A DNA stretch of 64,000 bases from an uncultured delta proteobacterium (GTDB lineage Bacteria > Desulfobacterota > RBG-13-43-22). Under the pieces are notes generated by a model. It saw only the letters and a program-made list of their open reading frames with translations. It was not told the DNA's origin and searched no databases. Both the position numbers and the translations under genes were made by a program. Positions 29,260 to 42,203 of this stretch are shown piece by piece. Location: NCBI GenBank assembly GCA_963802945.1, contig CAWDKY010000014.1:128001-192000 (forward strand). The letters run 5' to 3'. Within the stretch, counting starts at the first letter, position 1. Each line of letters opens with the position of its first letter.

Positions 29260-30159
29260 TTGGGAAAAATTGCCTCCATTGATATCGGTTCCAATACGTT
29301 ACGATTATTAATCGCCGAAAAAACAAGGGATGGGATTCGTGCTTTTTCCCGGGATCGGGAGATTGTCAGGTTAGGGAGAAGTTTTTATCCTAACCTGCTC
29401 CTGGCTTCCCAGGCGATGGAAGCCGCAATAACGGTCTTGAGTCGATTTAAGATCAGGACCAAGCAGGAAGGGGTGAGGAAAATCATTGCTGCCGGTACCG
29501 GGGTCCTTCGAGAGGCTAAAAATAGTTCTGATTTTCTGGAAAGGGTTAAAAGGGAAACCGGGGTATCGGTTAAGATTCTTAAAGGGACTGAGGAAGCCCG
29601 GATTATGGCTAAGGGGGTGCTTTCCGTTTTTCCTTCAACCTTTGGGAGAACTGTTATTTTTGATGTGGGCGGCGGGAGCACCGAATTTGTTGTTGTGACC
29701 GATGCGCAGATAGGCCGAAGGACCAGTTTGCCCCTTGGGGTTGTGGAATTAACCGAAAGGTTTTTAATGTCCGATCCACCGAAAAAGAAAGAAGCGGATT
29801 CTCTGAAGGTTCATTGCCAAAATATTTTAAGGAAAAATTTGCCAAAGGATGATAAAATAAATTGCTTAATTGGAACGGCAGGGACTATTACCACTTTAGC
29901 TGCAATGGTCAAAAAGCTTTCCAACTATGACCCGGAGAAGATCAATGAGACGGTACTGACCAAAGAAAATCTTATTGAATTATCAAAAAAGATCTTAGCC
30001 CTTTCTTGTCATCAAAGGGCCGAATTGACAGGTCTGGAAACTGAAAGGGCCGATATCATCGGAGCCGGGATTCTGCTGGTTCTGGAGGTTATGGATTATT
30101 TTTCCAAAGAGTCCCTGCTGGTCAGTGATGCCGGGCTGTTGGAAGGATTGATTTTATAG
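29260..30159 (+). CDS. Ppx/GppA family phosphatase
   Basis: IDIGSNT, FDVGGGSTE, RADII, SDAGLLEG. Confidence 0.92.
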   Translation: MGKIASIDIGSNTLRLLIAEKTRDGIRAFSRDREIVRLGRSFYPNLLLASQAMEAAITVLSRFKIRTKQEGVRKIIAAGTGVLREAKNSSDFLERVKRETGVSVKILKGTEEARIMAKGVLSVFPSTFGRTVIFDVGGGSTEFVVVTDAQIGRRTSLPLGVVELTERFLMSDPPKKKEADSLKVHCQNILRKNLPKDDKINCLIGTAGTITTLAAMVKKLSNYDPEKINETVLTKENLIELSKKILALSCHQRAELTGLETERADIIGAGILLVLEVMDYFSKESLLVSDAGLLEGLIL

Positions 30160-30160
30160 A

Positions 30161-31781
<1,621 letters not shown>

Positions 31782-31848
31782 ATAGAGGTTCACGGTTCAT
31801 GGTTTAAGGTTCAAGGTATAAATCTTAGGTGCATGAGAGACAGAATAA

Positions 31849-32219
31849 GTGGGGAATTTTATCGAACTAAAAGTCTGGCAACGATCTAAGGATTTATCCG
31901 TATTTATTTATCAGTTGACCAACCAAGGCTTTTTTCTAAAGATTTTGGTTTGAGAGATCAGATTCGCCGTGCCGCGGTATCCGTTCCGAGCAATATCGCC
32001 GAAGGGGATGAATTAAGAACAAACAAACAATCTGTTCAATACTTTTTTATGGCCAAAGGTTCTTTAGCTGAACTTTTAACCCAAGCATTTATTTCTTTTG
32101 AGATAGGGTATATAAGCCAAGAAAAGTTCTACTATATAAAGAATGAATGCCAGGCCATTTCAAGCATGTTGACAAAGTTGATTCATGCTAGATCTAAGGC
32201 ATTATCCATTGATTCTTAA
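31849..32219 (+). CDS. Four-helix bundle (23S rRNA IVP-like) protein, frameshifted in a T run at ~31930, flanked by inverted heptamer repeats
   Basis: FIELKVWQRSKDL then FGLRDQIRRAAVSVPSNIAEG...AKGSLAEL; repeats at 31787-31820 and 32221-32255. Confidence 0.85.
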
Positions 32220-32272
32220 TCTTTAACCGTAGACCTTAAACCTTGAACCGTAAGCCAATTTTTTAGAAACCC

Positions 32273-33832
32273 ATGGACATTCACAGTCAAAAAGTCCTGA
32301 TCCTTGATTTTGGTTCTCAAACGACCCAGCTTATTGCCCGTCGGGTCCGGGAGGCCAGGGTGTATTGCGAAATCCATCCCTTTAACTGGCCTCTGGGAAA
32401 AATTAAGGCCTTTGATCCCAAAGGGATCATCCTTTCCGGAAGTCCGGCCAGTGTGTATGATCCCAAGGCCCCTTTTCCGGATCCCGGCATTCTGGAATTG
32501 GGCGTTCCAGTATTGGGGATTTGCTATGGTATGCAATGGATCACCCAGCAACTAAAAGGCCGGGTGGGCCGATCGGCCCACCGGGAATACGGCCGGGTGG
32601 AACTTACCTTTCTGGATTTTCAGGATCTCTTTTTCGGGCTCGACAAAGGAATAAAAACCCAAAGCCGGATCGTCTGGATGAGCCATGGGGACCGAATTGA
32701 ACGTCTCCCCAAAGGTTTTTCGGTTATTGCCCGAAGTCAAAATGCCCCGATAGCGGCCATGTGCAATCAGAAAAGGTCCATCTTCGGGGTTCAATTTCAC
32801 CCCGAGGTGGTTCATACCCCGGCCGGGCATCGCATACTGAAAAATTTTCTTTTTAGGGTCTGCCGCTTGAAACCACTTTGGACTTCCAGTTCTTTTATTA
32901 AGCACACCATCTCTCAAGTCCGGCAACAGGTGGGGGAGGACAAAGTCATCTGCGCCCTTTCCGGCGGGGTGGATTCCTCAGTGGTGGCCGTTCTGCTGCG
33001 TCAGGCCATTGGAAAACAGTTGACCTGTGTTTTTGTCAACAACGGCGTGCTTAGGAGTGGAGAGGCCGAAAAAGTAGTCCGGATCTTTCGGGGCCATTAC
33101 CACATTCCCCTGGTTTATGTTGATGCCTCCCGGTCTTTTCTTTTAAAACTTAAAGGTATTATCGACCCGGAAAAAAAGCGGACCATTATCGGCCATGAAT
33201 TTATCCGCATCTTTGAAGCCGAAGCCAAAAAGATCGGTTCGGTTCGTTTCCTGGCCCAGGGGACCCTCTATCCGGACGTGATCGAATCGGTCTCCTTTAA
33301 AGGCCCTTCAGCCACTATCAAGACCCATCATAATGTGGGCGGACTTCCGGCGCGCATGAAATTGAAGCTGATCGAACCCCTAAGGGAATTATTTAAAGAT
33401 GAAGTCCGAGAAGTGGGCCGCAATCTGGGTATGCCTGAAGAAATAGTCAGCCGGCAGCCATTCCCAGGTCCCGGGTTGGCGATACGTATTCTGGGAGAGG
33501 TGACCGAGGCCCGTTTGAAAATCCTTCGCCAGGCTGATACCATTGTTTGGGAGGAGATGCGAAAGGCCGATCTTTATACCAAGGTCTGGCAGTCTTTCGC
33601 TGTTTTGCTGCCCGTTAAGACCGTAGGCGTCATGGGGGACGAACGGACTTACGAAAATGTCATTGCCCTGCGTATCGTTGACAGCCTGGATGCCATGACC
33701 GCCGATTGGAGCCGCATCCCTTACGGTTTATTAGGTCAGGTGTCCAATCGGATCATCAATGAAGTCAAAGGAGTCAATCGTGTTGTCTTTGATGTCTCTT
33801 CCAAACCTCCCAGCACGATCGAATGGGAGTAA
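32273..33832 (+). CDS. guaA: GMP synthase (glutamine-hydrolysing)
   Basis: [43 protein letters not shown]. Confidence 0.98.
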   Translation: MDIHSQKVLILDFGSQTTQLIARRVREARVYCEIHPFNWPLGKIKAFDPKGIILSGSPASVYDPKAPFPDPGILELGVPVLGICYGMQWITQQLKGRVGRSAHREYGRVELTFLDFQDLFFGLDKGIKTQSRIVWMSHGDRIERLPKGFSVIARSQNAPIAAMCNQKRSIFGVQFHPEVVHTPAGHRILKNFLFRVCRLKPLWTSSSFIKHTISQVRQQVGEDKVICALSGGVDSSVVAVLLRQAIGKQLTCVFVNNGVLRSGEAEKVVRIFRGHYHIPLVYVDASRSFLLKLKGIIDPEKKRTIIGHEFIRIFEAEAKKIGSVRFLAQGTLYPDVIESVSFKGPSATIKTHHNVGGLPARMKLKLIEPLRELFKDEVREVGRNLGMPEEIVSRQPFPGPGLAIRILGEVTEARLKILRQADTIVWEEMRKADLYTKVWQSFAVLLPVKTVGVMGDERTYENVIALRIVDSLDAMTADWSRIPYGLLGQVSNRIINEVKGVNRVVFDVSSKPPSTIEWE

Positions 33833-33834
33833 TC

Positions 33835-34005
33835 AGTTCGGAGTTTTGAGTTCGGAGTAAAAACCAGCAATTCAAAAAAAGTAATATGAATGATTGGCAG
33901 TTGACTCCGAACTCTGAACTCCAAACTCAATTCGTCAAAGGACGAACGTTTTTCATTGAACTTTGAATCTTGTACCTAGAACCGTAAACCGTAAACCTTA
34001 CACCG
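33835..34005. repeat. Inverted heptamer repeat element plus a second half array
   Basis: AGTTCGG AGTTTTG AGTTCGG ... ACTCCGA ACTCTGA ACTCCAA, then TGTACCT AGAACCG TAAACCG TAAACCT. Confidence 0.7.
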
Positions 34006-34015
34006 GGATTTAATT

Positions 34016-37000
34016 ATGCCGCACGCCCCTTTTGTTCATCTCCATCTCCATACCCAGTACAGTCTGCTGGATGGAGAGATCCGACTGAAAGGGTTGTTTG
34101 AAAAGGCCAAGGCCTTCAAGTTGCCGGCCATTGCCATGACCGATCACGGCAACCTCTTCGGCACGGTGGATTTTTATAAACAGGCCCAAAACCACGGATT
34201 AAAACCCATCATCGGCTGCGAAGTCTATGTGGCCCCGGGAAGCCGTCTGCAAAAAGAAACCCAACCCCATCAGGAAAATGCCTTTCATCTGGTTCTGCTT
34301 TGCAAGAATGAAAAAGGATATCACAACCTGATCCAATTAGTAAGCCGGGCCTATTTTGAAGGTTTTTACTACAGACCCCGGATTGATCGGGAACTGCTGA
34401 AGGAATATCATAAAGGATTGATTGCCATGACGGCCTGCCTTCATGGGGAGATCCCTTATTATCTCCTCCAAGGAGACTTCGACCGGGCCTTGAGCCATGC
34501 CCGGGAATTGGCCGAAATATTCGATCAGGATCGGTTTTATCTGGAACTTCAAAAAAACGATATTCCGGATCAGGAGATCGTCAACAAAGGTCTGCTGGAA
34601 ATCCACCATCAACTGGGTATCCCCATCGTAGCCACCAATGATTGCCATTACTTGACCCAGGAAGAGGCCAAGGCCCACGATGTCTTGCTCTGTATCCAGA
34701 CCGGCAAGACCGTAGACGATCCCAACCGGCTGCGATTTTCCAGTAATCAACTCTACTTCAAATCCCCGGAAGAGATGGCAGTTCTCTTTGCCGACCTGCC
34801 GGAGGCCGTACAAAATACATTGCATATTGCCGATCGATGCAATCTGGAATTGACCTTCGGTCATTCGCATCTTCCTCGCTATCCTTTGCCGCAAGGAGAG
34901 ACCATGGATAGTCGTCTCAAAAAGGATGCCCGCTTAGGTCTGGAAGAACGGCTGGCCGTGAAGGAACAACTGGATCCAACCTTCTCCCCGTCCCGTTCTC
35001 AAGAATATCAGGATCGTCTGGAAAAAGAACTGTCGGTAATCACTTCCACAGGGTTTTCCGGATATTTTCTGGTGGTGTCCGATTATGTGCGTTTTGCCAA
35101 AGATAAAAAGATTCCAGTTGGGCCGGGCCGGGGTTCCGGGGCCGGGAGCCTGGTGGCCTACGCCTTAAAGATCACCGATATCGACCCTCTGGATTATGGC
35201 TTGATTTTCGAGCGGTTCCTGAATATGGAACGGAAAGAGTTGCCGGATATCGATGTGGATTTTTGTGTGGAACGAAGAGATGAGGTTCTTAAATACATCG
35301 CCGAGAAATACGGCCAGGAGCATGTGGCCCAGATCATCACCTTTGGTAAGATGCAGGCCCGGGCCGTCATTCGGGATGTGGGCCGGGCCTTGAATATCCC
35401 TTATGGCGAGGTGGATAAAATCGCCAAATTGATTCCCTCCGTATTGAACATCACCTTAAGCGAAGCCTTGGAGATGGAGCCGCGACTGAAGGAACTCAAG
35501 GAATCCGACCCGACCATCAAAGAACTGCTGACTATTGCCGAGGCCCTGGAAGGCTTGCCCCGTCATGCCTCCACCCATGCCGCCGGGGTGGTTATTTCTC
35601 CTCATCCGATTACCGAAACCGTTCCCTTGTATAAAGGGCCCAAGGGAGAAACCCTGACCCAGTATGAAATGAAATCGGTCCAAGATATGGGGCTGATCAA
35701 ATTCGATCTCCTGGGATTGAACAACCTGACCATCATCGAATATGCCTTGAGGACCATAAAGCGAACACACGATCAACCCATCGATCTGTCTCGTATCCCT
35801 CTGGATGATCCGGCCACCTATGAGCTATTGGGACGGGGGGATACTACCGGGGTGTTTCAATTGGAAAGCTCGGGCATGAAAGACTTGCTGGTCAGGAGTA
35901 AACCACAAACTTTTGAAGACCTCATTGCCCTCAATGCCCTTTACCGTCCCGGGCCTTTAAAAAGCGGTATGGTTGCTGATTATGTGAAGAGAAAACACGG
36001 GGAAGTGCCTATCGAATATCCCCATCCGCTTTTGGAAGGGGTTTTGAAAGAAACCATGGGCATCATTGTTTATCAGGAACAGGTTATGCAAATCGCCGCC
36101 CTGCTGGCTGACTATTCCCTGGGAGAGGCCGATACTTTACGGAAGGCCATGGGTAAAAAAATATTTGAAGTCATGGCTCAACAGCGAACCCGCTTTCTGG
36201 AAGGAACCAAAAAGAAACGGATCGATCAGAAAAAGGCCGGCGAAATTTTTGACAAAATGGAAACCTTCGGCGGGTATGGGTTCAATAAATCCCACAGTGC
36301 CGCCTATGCCTTGATCACTTACCAAACCGCTTATCTGAAGGCCCATTATCCTTTGGATTTCATGGTCGCCCTGATGACCAGCAAGATGGGTAATTCCTCG
36401 GAAGTGACCAAGTGTATTGCCGAATGCCGGGAAAAAGGGATTGTGGTCCTGCCGCCGGATGTCAATCTGAGCCACTTGGATTTCACAGTCGTGGGAGACA
36501 ATATTCGTTTTGGGCTGGCCGCAGTCAAAAATGTGGGGGCCGGGGCGATAGAGTCCATCCTGGAAGCCAGGAACAAAGGGGGAGAGTTTAAATCCTTGAT
36601 CGATTTTTGCCGGAGAGTGGATCTTCGCCGGGTGAACCGGAGGGTGGCGGAGAGTCTGATCAAGTGCGGGGCCTTTGATTCCCTGGGGGTGGCCCGGTCC
36701 AGGCTGATGGCTTTTTTGCCTGAAGCCTTGGATATAGGACAACAACGGCAAAAAGAAGAGACTGAAAACCAGTTCAGCCTTTTTGCCATGGCCGGAGATA
36801 CGGGTTTGACCCACCCGGATATCGAACCCCCTATGGTTGAAGAGTGGAGAGAAAGCCAGAAACTCTCCTATGAAAAGGAAATCCTGGGGTTTTATATTAC
36901 CGGTCATCCCTTGACCCGCTATACCGAGACCCTGCAAGATTTGAAAACAGTGGACATCCAAAACTTGTCCGAACTGGAAGATAAAGAAAATGTGCGTCTG

Positions 37001-37564
37001 GCCGGAATGGTTGCGGCCTTAAAAGAGATCAACAGCAAAAAAGGGGAGCGGATGGCTTTCGCCACGATTGAAGACCTGACCGGTTCCTGTGAAGTCATCA
37101 TTTTTTCGGACATCTTTCGAAAATGTTCACAGGTGTTGAAAGATGAAGGACCTTTATGGGTCAGCGGTATCACGACCAAAGATGAAAAAGGGATTAAGGT
37201 GATTGCTAATGATGTACTCCCGCTGGCCGATGCTGAAGAAAAAATGGCGCAACAAGCGGTTCTTAAGATTGCGGTTGACGGTCTGACCCGGGATCAGATT
37301 TTATTGTTAAATGATTTTTTAAAAGATCATCCCGGTTCCTGTCCGGTCCAGATTTGCGCCTGCCTGCCTGATCAAAGTCAGATTCTTCTGAATCTTCCTG
37401 AAACCCGAACGATCCGGCCCTCAGTTCGATTAAGACGGGAGTTGAAGGGACTTGCCTGCAATCCTATTCTGGAAGTGGTGTATTCCTATGAATCTATATC
37501 CACCAGCGGTGTATCTTCCGGTCGCTCCAGATATAATAAAAGAAATGGTGAGGGTTTGACATAA
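34016..37564 (+). CDS. dnaE: DNA polymerase III alpha subunit
   Basis: PHP domain (HLHLHTQYSLLDG), GPGRGS, PDIDVDF, YGFNKSH, internal clamp motif QFSLF. Confidence 0.98.
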   Translation: MPHAPFVHLHLHTQYSLLDGEIRLKGLFEKAKAFKLPAIAMTDHGNLFGTVDFYKQAQNHGLKPIIGCEVYVAPGSRLQKETQPHQENAFHLVLLCKNEKGYHNLIQLVSRAYFEGFYYRPRIDRELLKEYHKGLIAMTACLHGEIPYYLLQGDFDRALSHARELAEIFDQDRFYLELQKNDIPDQEIVNKGLLEIHHQLGIPIVATNDCHYLTQEEAKAHDVLLCIQTGKTVDDPNRLRFSSNQLYFKSPEEMAVLFADLPEAVQNTLHIADRCNLELTFGHSHLPRYPLPQGETMDSRLKKDARLGLEERLAVKEQLDPTFSPSRSQEYQDRLEKELSVITSTGFSGYFLVVSDYVRFAKDKKIPVGPGRGSGAGSLVAYALKITDIDPLDYGLIFERFLNMERKELPDIDVDFCVERRDEVLKYIAEKYGQEHVAQIITFGKMQARAVIRDVGRALNIPYGEVDKIAKLIPSVLNITLSEALEMEPRLKELKESDPTIKELLTIAEALEGLPRHASTHAAGVVISPHPITETVPLYKGPKGETLTQYEMKSVQDMGLIKFDLLGLNNLTIIEYALRTIKRTHDQPIDLSRIPLDDPATYELLGRGDTTGVFQLESSGMKDLLVRSKPQTFEDLIALNALYRPGPLKSGMVADYVKRKHGEVPIEYPHPLLEGVLKETMGIIVYQEQVMQIAALLADYSLGEADTLRKAMGKKIFEVMAQQRTRFLEGTKKKRIDQKKAGEIFDKMETFGGYGFNKSHSAAYALITYQTAYLKAHYPLDFMVALMTSKMGNSSEVTKCIAECREKGIVVLPPDVNLSHLDFTVVGDNIRFGLAAVKNVGAGAIESILEARNKGGEFKSLIDFCRRVDLRRVNRRVAESLIKCGAFDSLGVARSRLMAFLPEALDIGQQRQKEETENQFSLFAMAGDTGLTHPDIEPPMVEEWRESQKLSYEKEILGFYITGHPLTRYTETLQDLKTVDIQNLSELEDKENVRLAGMVAALKEINSKKGERMAFATIEDLTGSCEVIIFSDIFRKCSQVLKDEGPLWVSGITTKDEKGIKVIANDVLPLADAEEKMAQQAVLKIAVDGLTRDQILLLNDFLKDHPGSCPVQICACLPDQSQILLNLPETRTIRPSVRLRRELKGLACNPILEVVYSYESISTSGVSSGRSRYNKRNGEGLT

Positions 37565-37570
37565 GTATTG

Positions 37571-37755
37571 AAGGATTCAAGGGGTCAGTACTATGTTCGG
37601 AGTTATTAGTTCGGAGTAAAACCAACCCCTTTTAACTCTAAAGGATAATGCTGGACAATAAATAGTTTACACCAAACGCCAAACGCTTTATTCTTAAAGT
37701 TTGGCGAAAACCGAACCTTGTACCTTGGTCCTTAAACCGTATACCGTCCACCTTA
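37571..37755. repeat. Cluster of degenerate 7-9-mer repeat arrays
   Basis: AAGGATTCAAGGGGTCA; GTTCGGAGTTATTAGTTCGGAGT; ACCTTGTACCTTGGTCCTTAAACCGTATACCG. Confidence 0.55.
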
Positions 37756-37759
37756 TTTT

Positions 37760-38489
37760 ATGCCCAACTATCAAGAGCGGTTCTATCGCAGCAAAATCAG
37801 TTCTCCGGATTGGATTTCTTTTACTATCCAGGTGAAAGAAAGCGACCTGTGGGTGCGGGCCAGGAAAGATCTTTCGGCCGAGGGGTATGAACGGGTTTTT
37901 CAATACCGTCATGCCCTGGAAACCTATATCCACCAAAACCCCGATTTTAAGGATTCGCTTGCGCCCTTAGCTCTGGATCCTCTGGCCCCCTCCATTGTAC
38001 AAGCCATGCTTCAATCCGGGCAAAGTGGCCGGGGTCGGCCCCATGGCCGCAGTAGCCGGAGCCATCGCCGAGTTTGTCGGCAAGGATCTACTGGCCTTTT
38101 CCCCGGACGTTATTATAGAAAATGGAGGGGATTTATTTATCGTCTGCAACGAATCCTTGACGGTTGGGATCTATGCCGGGGAGTCTCCTTTAAGCGGACG
38201 GGTGGGAATTCAGTTGACCCCTTCCGACAGGCCGGTGGGATTATGCACTTCTTCCGGGACCGTTGGTCATTCCCTAAGCTTCGGCCGGGCCGATGCAGTG
38301 ACTATTTTATCTCCATCGGCCGTGCTTTCCGATGCCGTAGCCACGGCGGTTGGGAACCGGGTTCGTACAAAAAATGATATTCAACCGGCCTTGGATTGGG
38401 CACAAACGATCCCGGAGATTGAAGGGGCCTTGATTATTTGTGGAGATCAGATGGGGGTTTGGGGAGATTTGGAATTGGTGACCCTATAG
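37760..38489 (+). CDS. UPF0280/ApbE-like family protein, apparent +1 frameshift near 38022
   Basis: YQERFYR..VKESDL in one frame; VGPMAAVAGAIAE, IENGGD, CTSSGTVGHSLSFGRADA in the next. Confidence 0.85.
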
Positions 38490-38577
38490 AGTGTTTAGTT
38501 CGGAGTTGGAAGTTAGGAAGAAGCATTCTTTAATGGGGGATTTTTACTACGAACTCTGAACCCTAAACTCCGAACTT
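38488..38577. repeat. Inverted heptamer repeat element (no gene inside)
   Basis: AGTTCGG AGTTGGA AGTTAGG ... ACTACGA ACTCTGA ACCCTAA ACTCCGA ACT. Confidence 0.7.
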
Positions 38578-38605
38578 TATTTTTTAGAAGCAGAGGATTA
38601 CGAAT

Positions 38606-39475
38606 ATGAAAAATAGCAAGTTTTTATTCTTATCAATAATTATATTACTCGCCGCCCTTTGGGGCTGTGGGACGGTTCCCATAGGCAAAGAACGCAAGGG
38701 CCCTCCCAAGATCGCTCTCGTTTTAGGGGGCGGATCGTCCAGAGGATTTGCCCATGTGGGGGTTATCCGGGTTCTGGAGCAGGAAAAGATACCTATCCAC
38801 ATGATCGTCGGGACCAGTGTGGGCAGTCTGATCGGGGCCTTGTATGCCTCTGATCCCAATAGCCTCAATCTGGAATGGATTTCTTTCAGTATAGAAAAGG
38901 ATGACATCTTTGATTATTCGGTGATTTATTCCAAGATGGGACCCGTTCAGGGGGAGCGGCTGGAAAAGTTCATCCAGACCAATGTCAGAGCCAAAACCCT
39001 GGAGCAGATGAAGATTCCTTTTTATGCCGTAGCCACGGATCTGAACGAAGGCAACACCTGGGTCTTTGAAAAAGGATCAGTGGCCAAGGCCGTGCGGGCC
39101 AGTTGTTCCATCCCGGGTGTCTTCCAGCCGCTGGAATTGGGCGGGAAGATGTATGTGGACGGCGGGGTGACCGACAATCTGCCGGTGGATGTGGCCCGGG
39201 CCAAAGGTGCCGATATCATCATCGCCGTCAATATTTCCAAAAATATCCGGAACCCTCAGATCAATAATTTAATCGATGTCATCATGCAATCCATCAGTAT
39301 CATGGGCCGGGAATTGGTCACTTATAAATCCAGAGGATATGATGTGCTTATTGAACCCAATGTGGGGGACGTGGGTATGACTGATTTCACCCAGAAAAAA
39401 AGATTGATGGATGCCGGGATTCAGGCGGCCAGACAAGCTATGCCGAAAATTCGGAAACTGATTGAAGAAAGATAG
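38606..39475 (+). CDS. Patatin-like phospholipase, probable lipoprotein
   Basis: Lipobox-like LWGC; GGGSSRG, GTSVG, DGG motifs. Confidence 0.92.
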   Translation: MKNSKFLFLSIIILLAALWGCGTVPIGKERKGPPKIALVLGGGSSRGFAHVGVIRVLEQEKIPIHMIVGTSVGSLIGALYASDPNSLNLEWISFSIEKDDIFDYSVIYSKMGPVQGERLEKFIQTNVRAKTLEQMKIPFYAVATDLNEGNTWVFEKGSVAKAVRASCSIPGVFQPLELGGKMYVDGGVTDNLPVDVARAKGADIIIAVNISKNIRNPQINNLIDVIMQSISIMGRELVTYKSRGYDVLIEPNVGDVGMTDFTQKKRLMDAGIQAARQAMPKIRKLIEER

Positions 39476-39618
39476 TCACTTAAAAGGGTTCGAGGATTCC
39501 AGGATTCAAGAGGTCGAGAGTGGCAAATCTGAAGGTCTTTCATTTTAATCCATGCACCTTTGAATTCTAAAATTAATTTTTCTGCTTCGTGGTGCCCCAA
39601 AGTGGCATGAAGGTTTTT

Positions 39619-40533
39619 ATGAAAAAAGGTGTTCATCTCTGGATAGGTTTGGGTTGCCTGTTGCTTTTTCAGGCGGCCCTTTTCTTAAGAATCGAGTCGG
39701 TGACCACCTATTTTTATTCTCTGATCTGGTGGTCGTATATCGTTATGATCGATGGCATTATTTACCGGCTCCGAGGAAACTCGCTGATCGTCAACCGGAC
39801 CCAGAAGTTTTTTCTTTTAATCCCTTGGTCGGTGGCGATCTGGCTTGTATTTGAAGGATTTAATCTGGTTTTGAAAAATTGGTATTATGTAGGGGTGCCG
39901 AAAGAAATTTTTTTACGCTGGCCCGGATATTTTGTGGCTTACGGCACGGTCCTGCCTGCCATCCTGGAAACCCGAGATCTTTTATTCACTTTGGGGATTT
40001 TTGCAAAAAGTCGTTTAACCCCCATTCCGGTTCAGGATTCCTGGTACAGACCTTTGATTATTACTGGGACCTTGTGCCTAATACTTCCCTTGTTTTTCCC
40101 GCGATATGGCTTTCCCTTGGTTTGGCTGGGTTTTATTTTTCTTCTGGAGCCTTTCAATCATCGCACCGGAAGACCTTCTTTGTTGACAGATCTTAAGGGG
40201 GGGGAAACCGGAAATTTGTCTCAACTCTTGCTTTCAGGGATGATTTGCGGTCTCCTTTGGGAATTCTGGAATTTTTGGGCCGAGGCCAAATGGGTTTACA
40301 CCGTTCCCTGGGTTGAGGATATTAAGTTGTTTGAAATGCCGGCCCTGGGTTTTTTCGGTTTTCCTCCTTTTGCTGTAGAATGTTTTGTCCTGGTTCATTT
40401 TTTGAGGTTGTTTGAATCCCGACCGGCAGGGAAAAAGAAAATTTTCTGGCAGGCCGTTCCCTTATGGCTTCTTTTCTATGGGGTCATGTTTGCGGCTATA
40501 GATTCTTACACTGTTCATTCGTATGGTCAGTAA
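39619..40533 (+). CDS. Integral membrane protein of unknown function
   Basis: About 8 TM segments; family-like motifs GLLWEFWNFWA.AKWVY and FEMPALGFFGFPPF; start uncertain. Confidence 0.75.
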   Translation: MKKGVHLWIGLGCLLLFQAALFLRIESVTTYFYSLIWWSYIVMIDGIIYRLRGNSLIVNRTQKFFLLIPWSVAIWLVFEGFNLVLKNWYYVGVPKEIFLRWPGYFVAYGTVLPAILETRDLLFTLGIFAKSRLTPIPVQDSWYRPLIITGTLCLILPLFFPRYGFPLVWLGFIFLLEPFNHRTGRPSLLTDLKGGETGNLSQLLLSGMICGLLWEFWNFWAEAKWVYTVPWVEDIKLFEMPALGFFGFPPFAVECFVLVHFLRLFESRPAGKKKIFWQAVPLWLLFYGVMFAAIDSYTVHSYGQ

Positions 40534-40561
40534 ACTGTCTTCTGGGGGGAACACAGGAAAG

Positions 40562-42007
40562 ATGAAAAAGGGGTCAAGGATTCAAGGAGTCAAGGATTCA
40601 AGTGAAAGGCCTGGAAGAAACAAAAAGCAAACCCTTGAACCCTTGAATCCTCGAATCCTCGAATCCTCATTTTTTAAGAAACTCTATTTCATCAGCTTGG
40701 GGTGTGTCAAGAATCAGGTGGACAGTGAGATGATGCTTCATCAACTGACAAACAATGGTTTTTCTATCGCCCAGGAACCTGATGAGGCCGAAGTGGTGAT
40801 CATCAATACCTGCAGTTTTATCGAGTCCGCTACCCAGGAAAGTATAGAAACCATTTTGGAGGCAGCCCGTTTAAAGAAAGAGGGGGCTTGCCAAGTCTTG
40901 GTAGTCACCGGTTGTTTCCCTCAACGTTATAAAAAACAATTGATAAGTCAATTGCCGGAAGTGGACCTATTCCTGGGGACGGAATCTTTTTTAGGTTTGA
41001 CCTGGCATCTACAAGAGTTGTTGGCCGGCAAAACAAAATCGAAAATGATTCTCAAACCCGATCCCGGACTCTGGGAAGAATCGCATCATCGTTTACTGAC
41101 CACCTCCCCGGGAACGGCTTATTTAAAAATCGCCGAAGGCTGTTCCAATCACTGCGCCTACTGTACGATCCCTTCTATTCGAGGAAAATTCCGCAGTCGT
41201 GACCCAAAGGTGTTGATACAGGAAGCTCAAATCCTGGCCGTGCAGGGAACCAAAGAACTCATTTTGGTGGCCCAGGATACTACGGCCTATGGATATGATC
41301 TTCGTCAACCGGCTTCTTTGATTGGCCTGATTAAAAATATTTTAAAGATCAATTCTTTTCAGTGGCTGCGCCTGCTGTATTTGAGGCCGGAAAGGATTAC
41401 GCAAGAACTCTTGGATTTGATAGCCCAGGAAGAAAGAATTTGTCCATATTTCGACATCCCGATCCAGCATGTCAGCGACCGTATTCTAAAGTCCATGGGC
41501 CGGCCTTATGGGCAAAAGGCATTAAGGGATTTGATTAAAAAAATCTATAGCACAGTACCTGAGGCAGCCCTACGGACGACTTTAATGGTGGGCTTTCCGG
41601 GTGAAAGGGATGAAGATTTTCAAGAACTGCTTCAATTTGTTGCCGAGACAGCTTTTGATCATCTGGGGGTTTTCAGATATTCCCCTGAAGAAGGGACCCC
41701 GGCGGCCAGCTATCCCGATCAGGTCCCGGAAGAGATCGGTCAATGTCGGATGGAGTTGTTGATGTCCAGGCAGAAAGAAATCTCCTTAAAGAAAAATCAA
41801 AGTCGGATCAGTTCAGTGGAGCCGGTCCTGATATCCGGAATTAGTCCGGAAAGCGATTTATTGATCGAAGGTCGGACCCGTTTCCAGGCTCCGGAGGTGG
41901 ACGGGGTAGTCTTTATTGCCGACGGGGAACCCAAAATAGGTGAGATGGTCAAAGTTAAAATCACCGAAGCCCATGCTTATGATCTGGTTGGGGTAGTGTT
42001 TGAATAA
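40562..42007 (+). CDS. rimO: Ribosomal protein S12 methylthiotransferase, with a repeat-derived N-terminal insertion
   Basis: SLGCVKNQVDSE, NTCSFI, radical SAM CSNHCAYC, TRAM domain (QAPEVDG). Confidence 0.93.
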   Translation: MKKGSRIQGVKDSSERPGRNKKQTLEPLNPRILESSFFKKLYFISLGCVKNQVDSEMMLHQLTNNGFSIAQEPDEAEVVIINTCSFIESATQESIETILEAARLKKEGACQVLVVTGCFPQRYKKQLISQLPEVDLFLGTESFLGLTWHLQELLAGKTKSKMILKPDPGLWEESHHRLLTTSPGTAYLKIAEGCSNHCAYCTIPSIRGKFRSRDPKVLIQEAQILAVQGTKELILVAQDTTAYGYDLRQPASLIGLIKNILKINSFQWLRLLYLRPERITQELLDLIAQEERICPYFDIPIQHVSDRILKSMGRPYGQKALRDLIKKIYSTVPEAALRTTLMVGFPGERDEDFQELLQFVAETAFDHLGVFRYSPEEGTPAASYPDQVPEEIGQCRMELLMSRQKEISLKKNQSRISSVEPVLISGISPESDLLIEGRTRFQAPEVDGVVFIADGEPKIGEMVKVKITEAHAYDLVGVVFE

Positions 42008-42203
42008 ATATTTTCCTATTAAGAGTGGAGGATCAAATCTCTCTGAACATCTTAAGGATAGATGCTCAGGCCGATCAGGTCCAGATCGAAATGTTTACTC
42101 AGAACGCCCACCCAATAAAGGCCTTATCATATACCGCAAGTGGATCTGTTGACCTGTTCGTTTAATGGTTTCAGCCACCGTCAAGAAAAGTGGTACATTA
42201 GAC

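Noticed and set aside
31849-32219. Diversity-generating retroelement (the four-helix bundle is Avd-like)
   Set aside because: No reverse transcriptase and no template/variable repeat pair with adenine-specific differences in the window.
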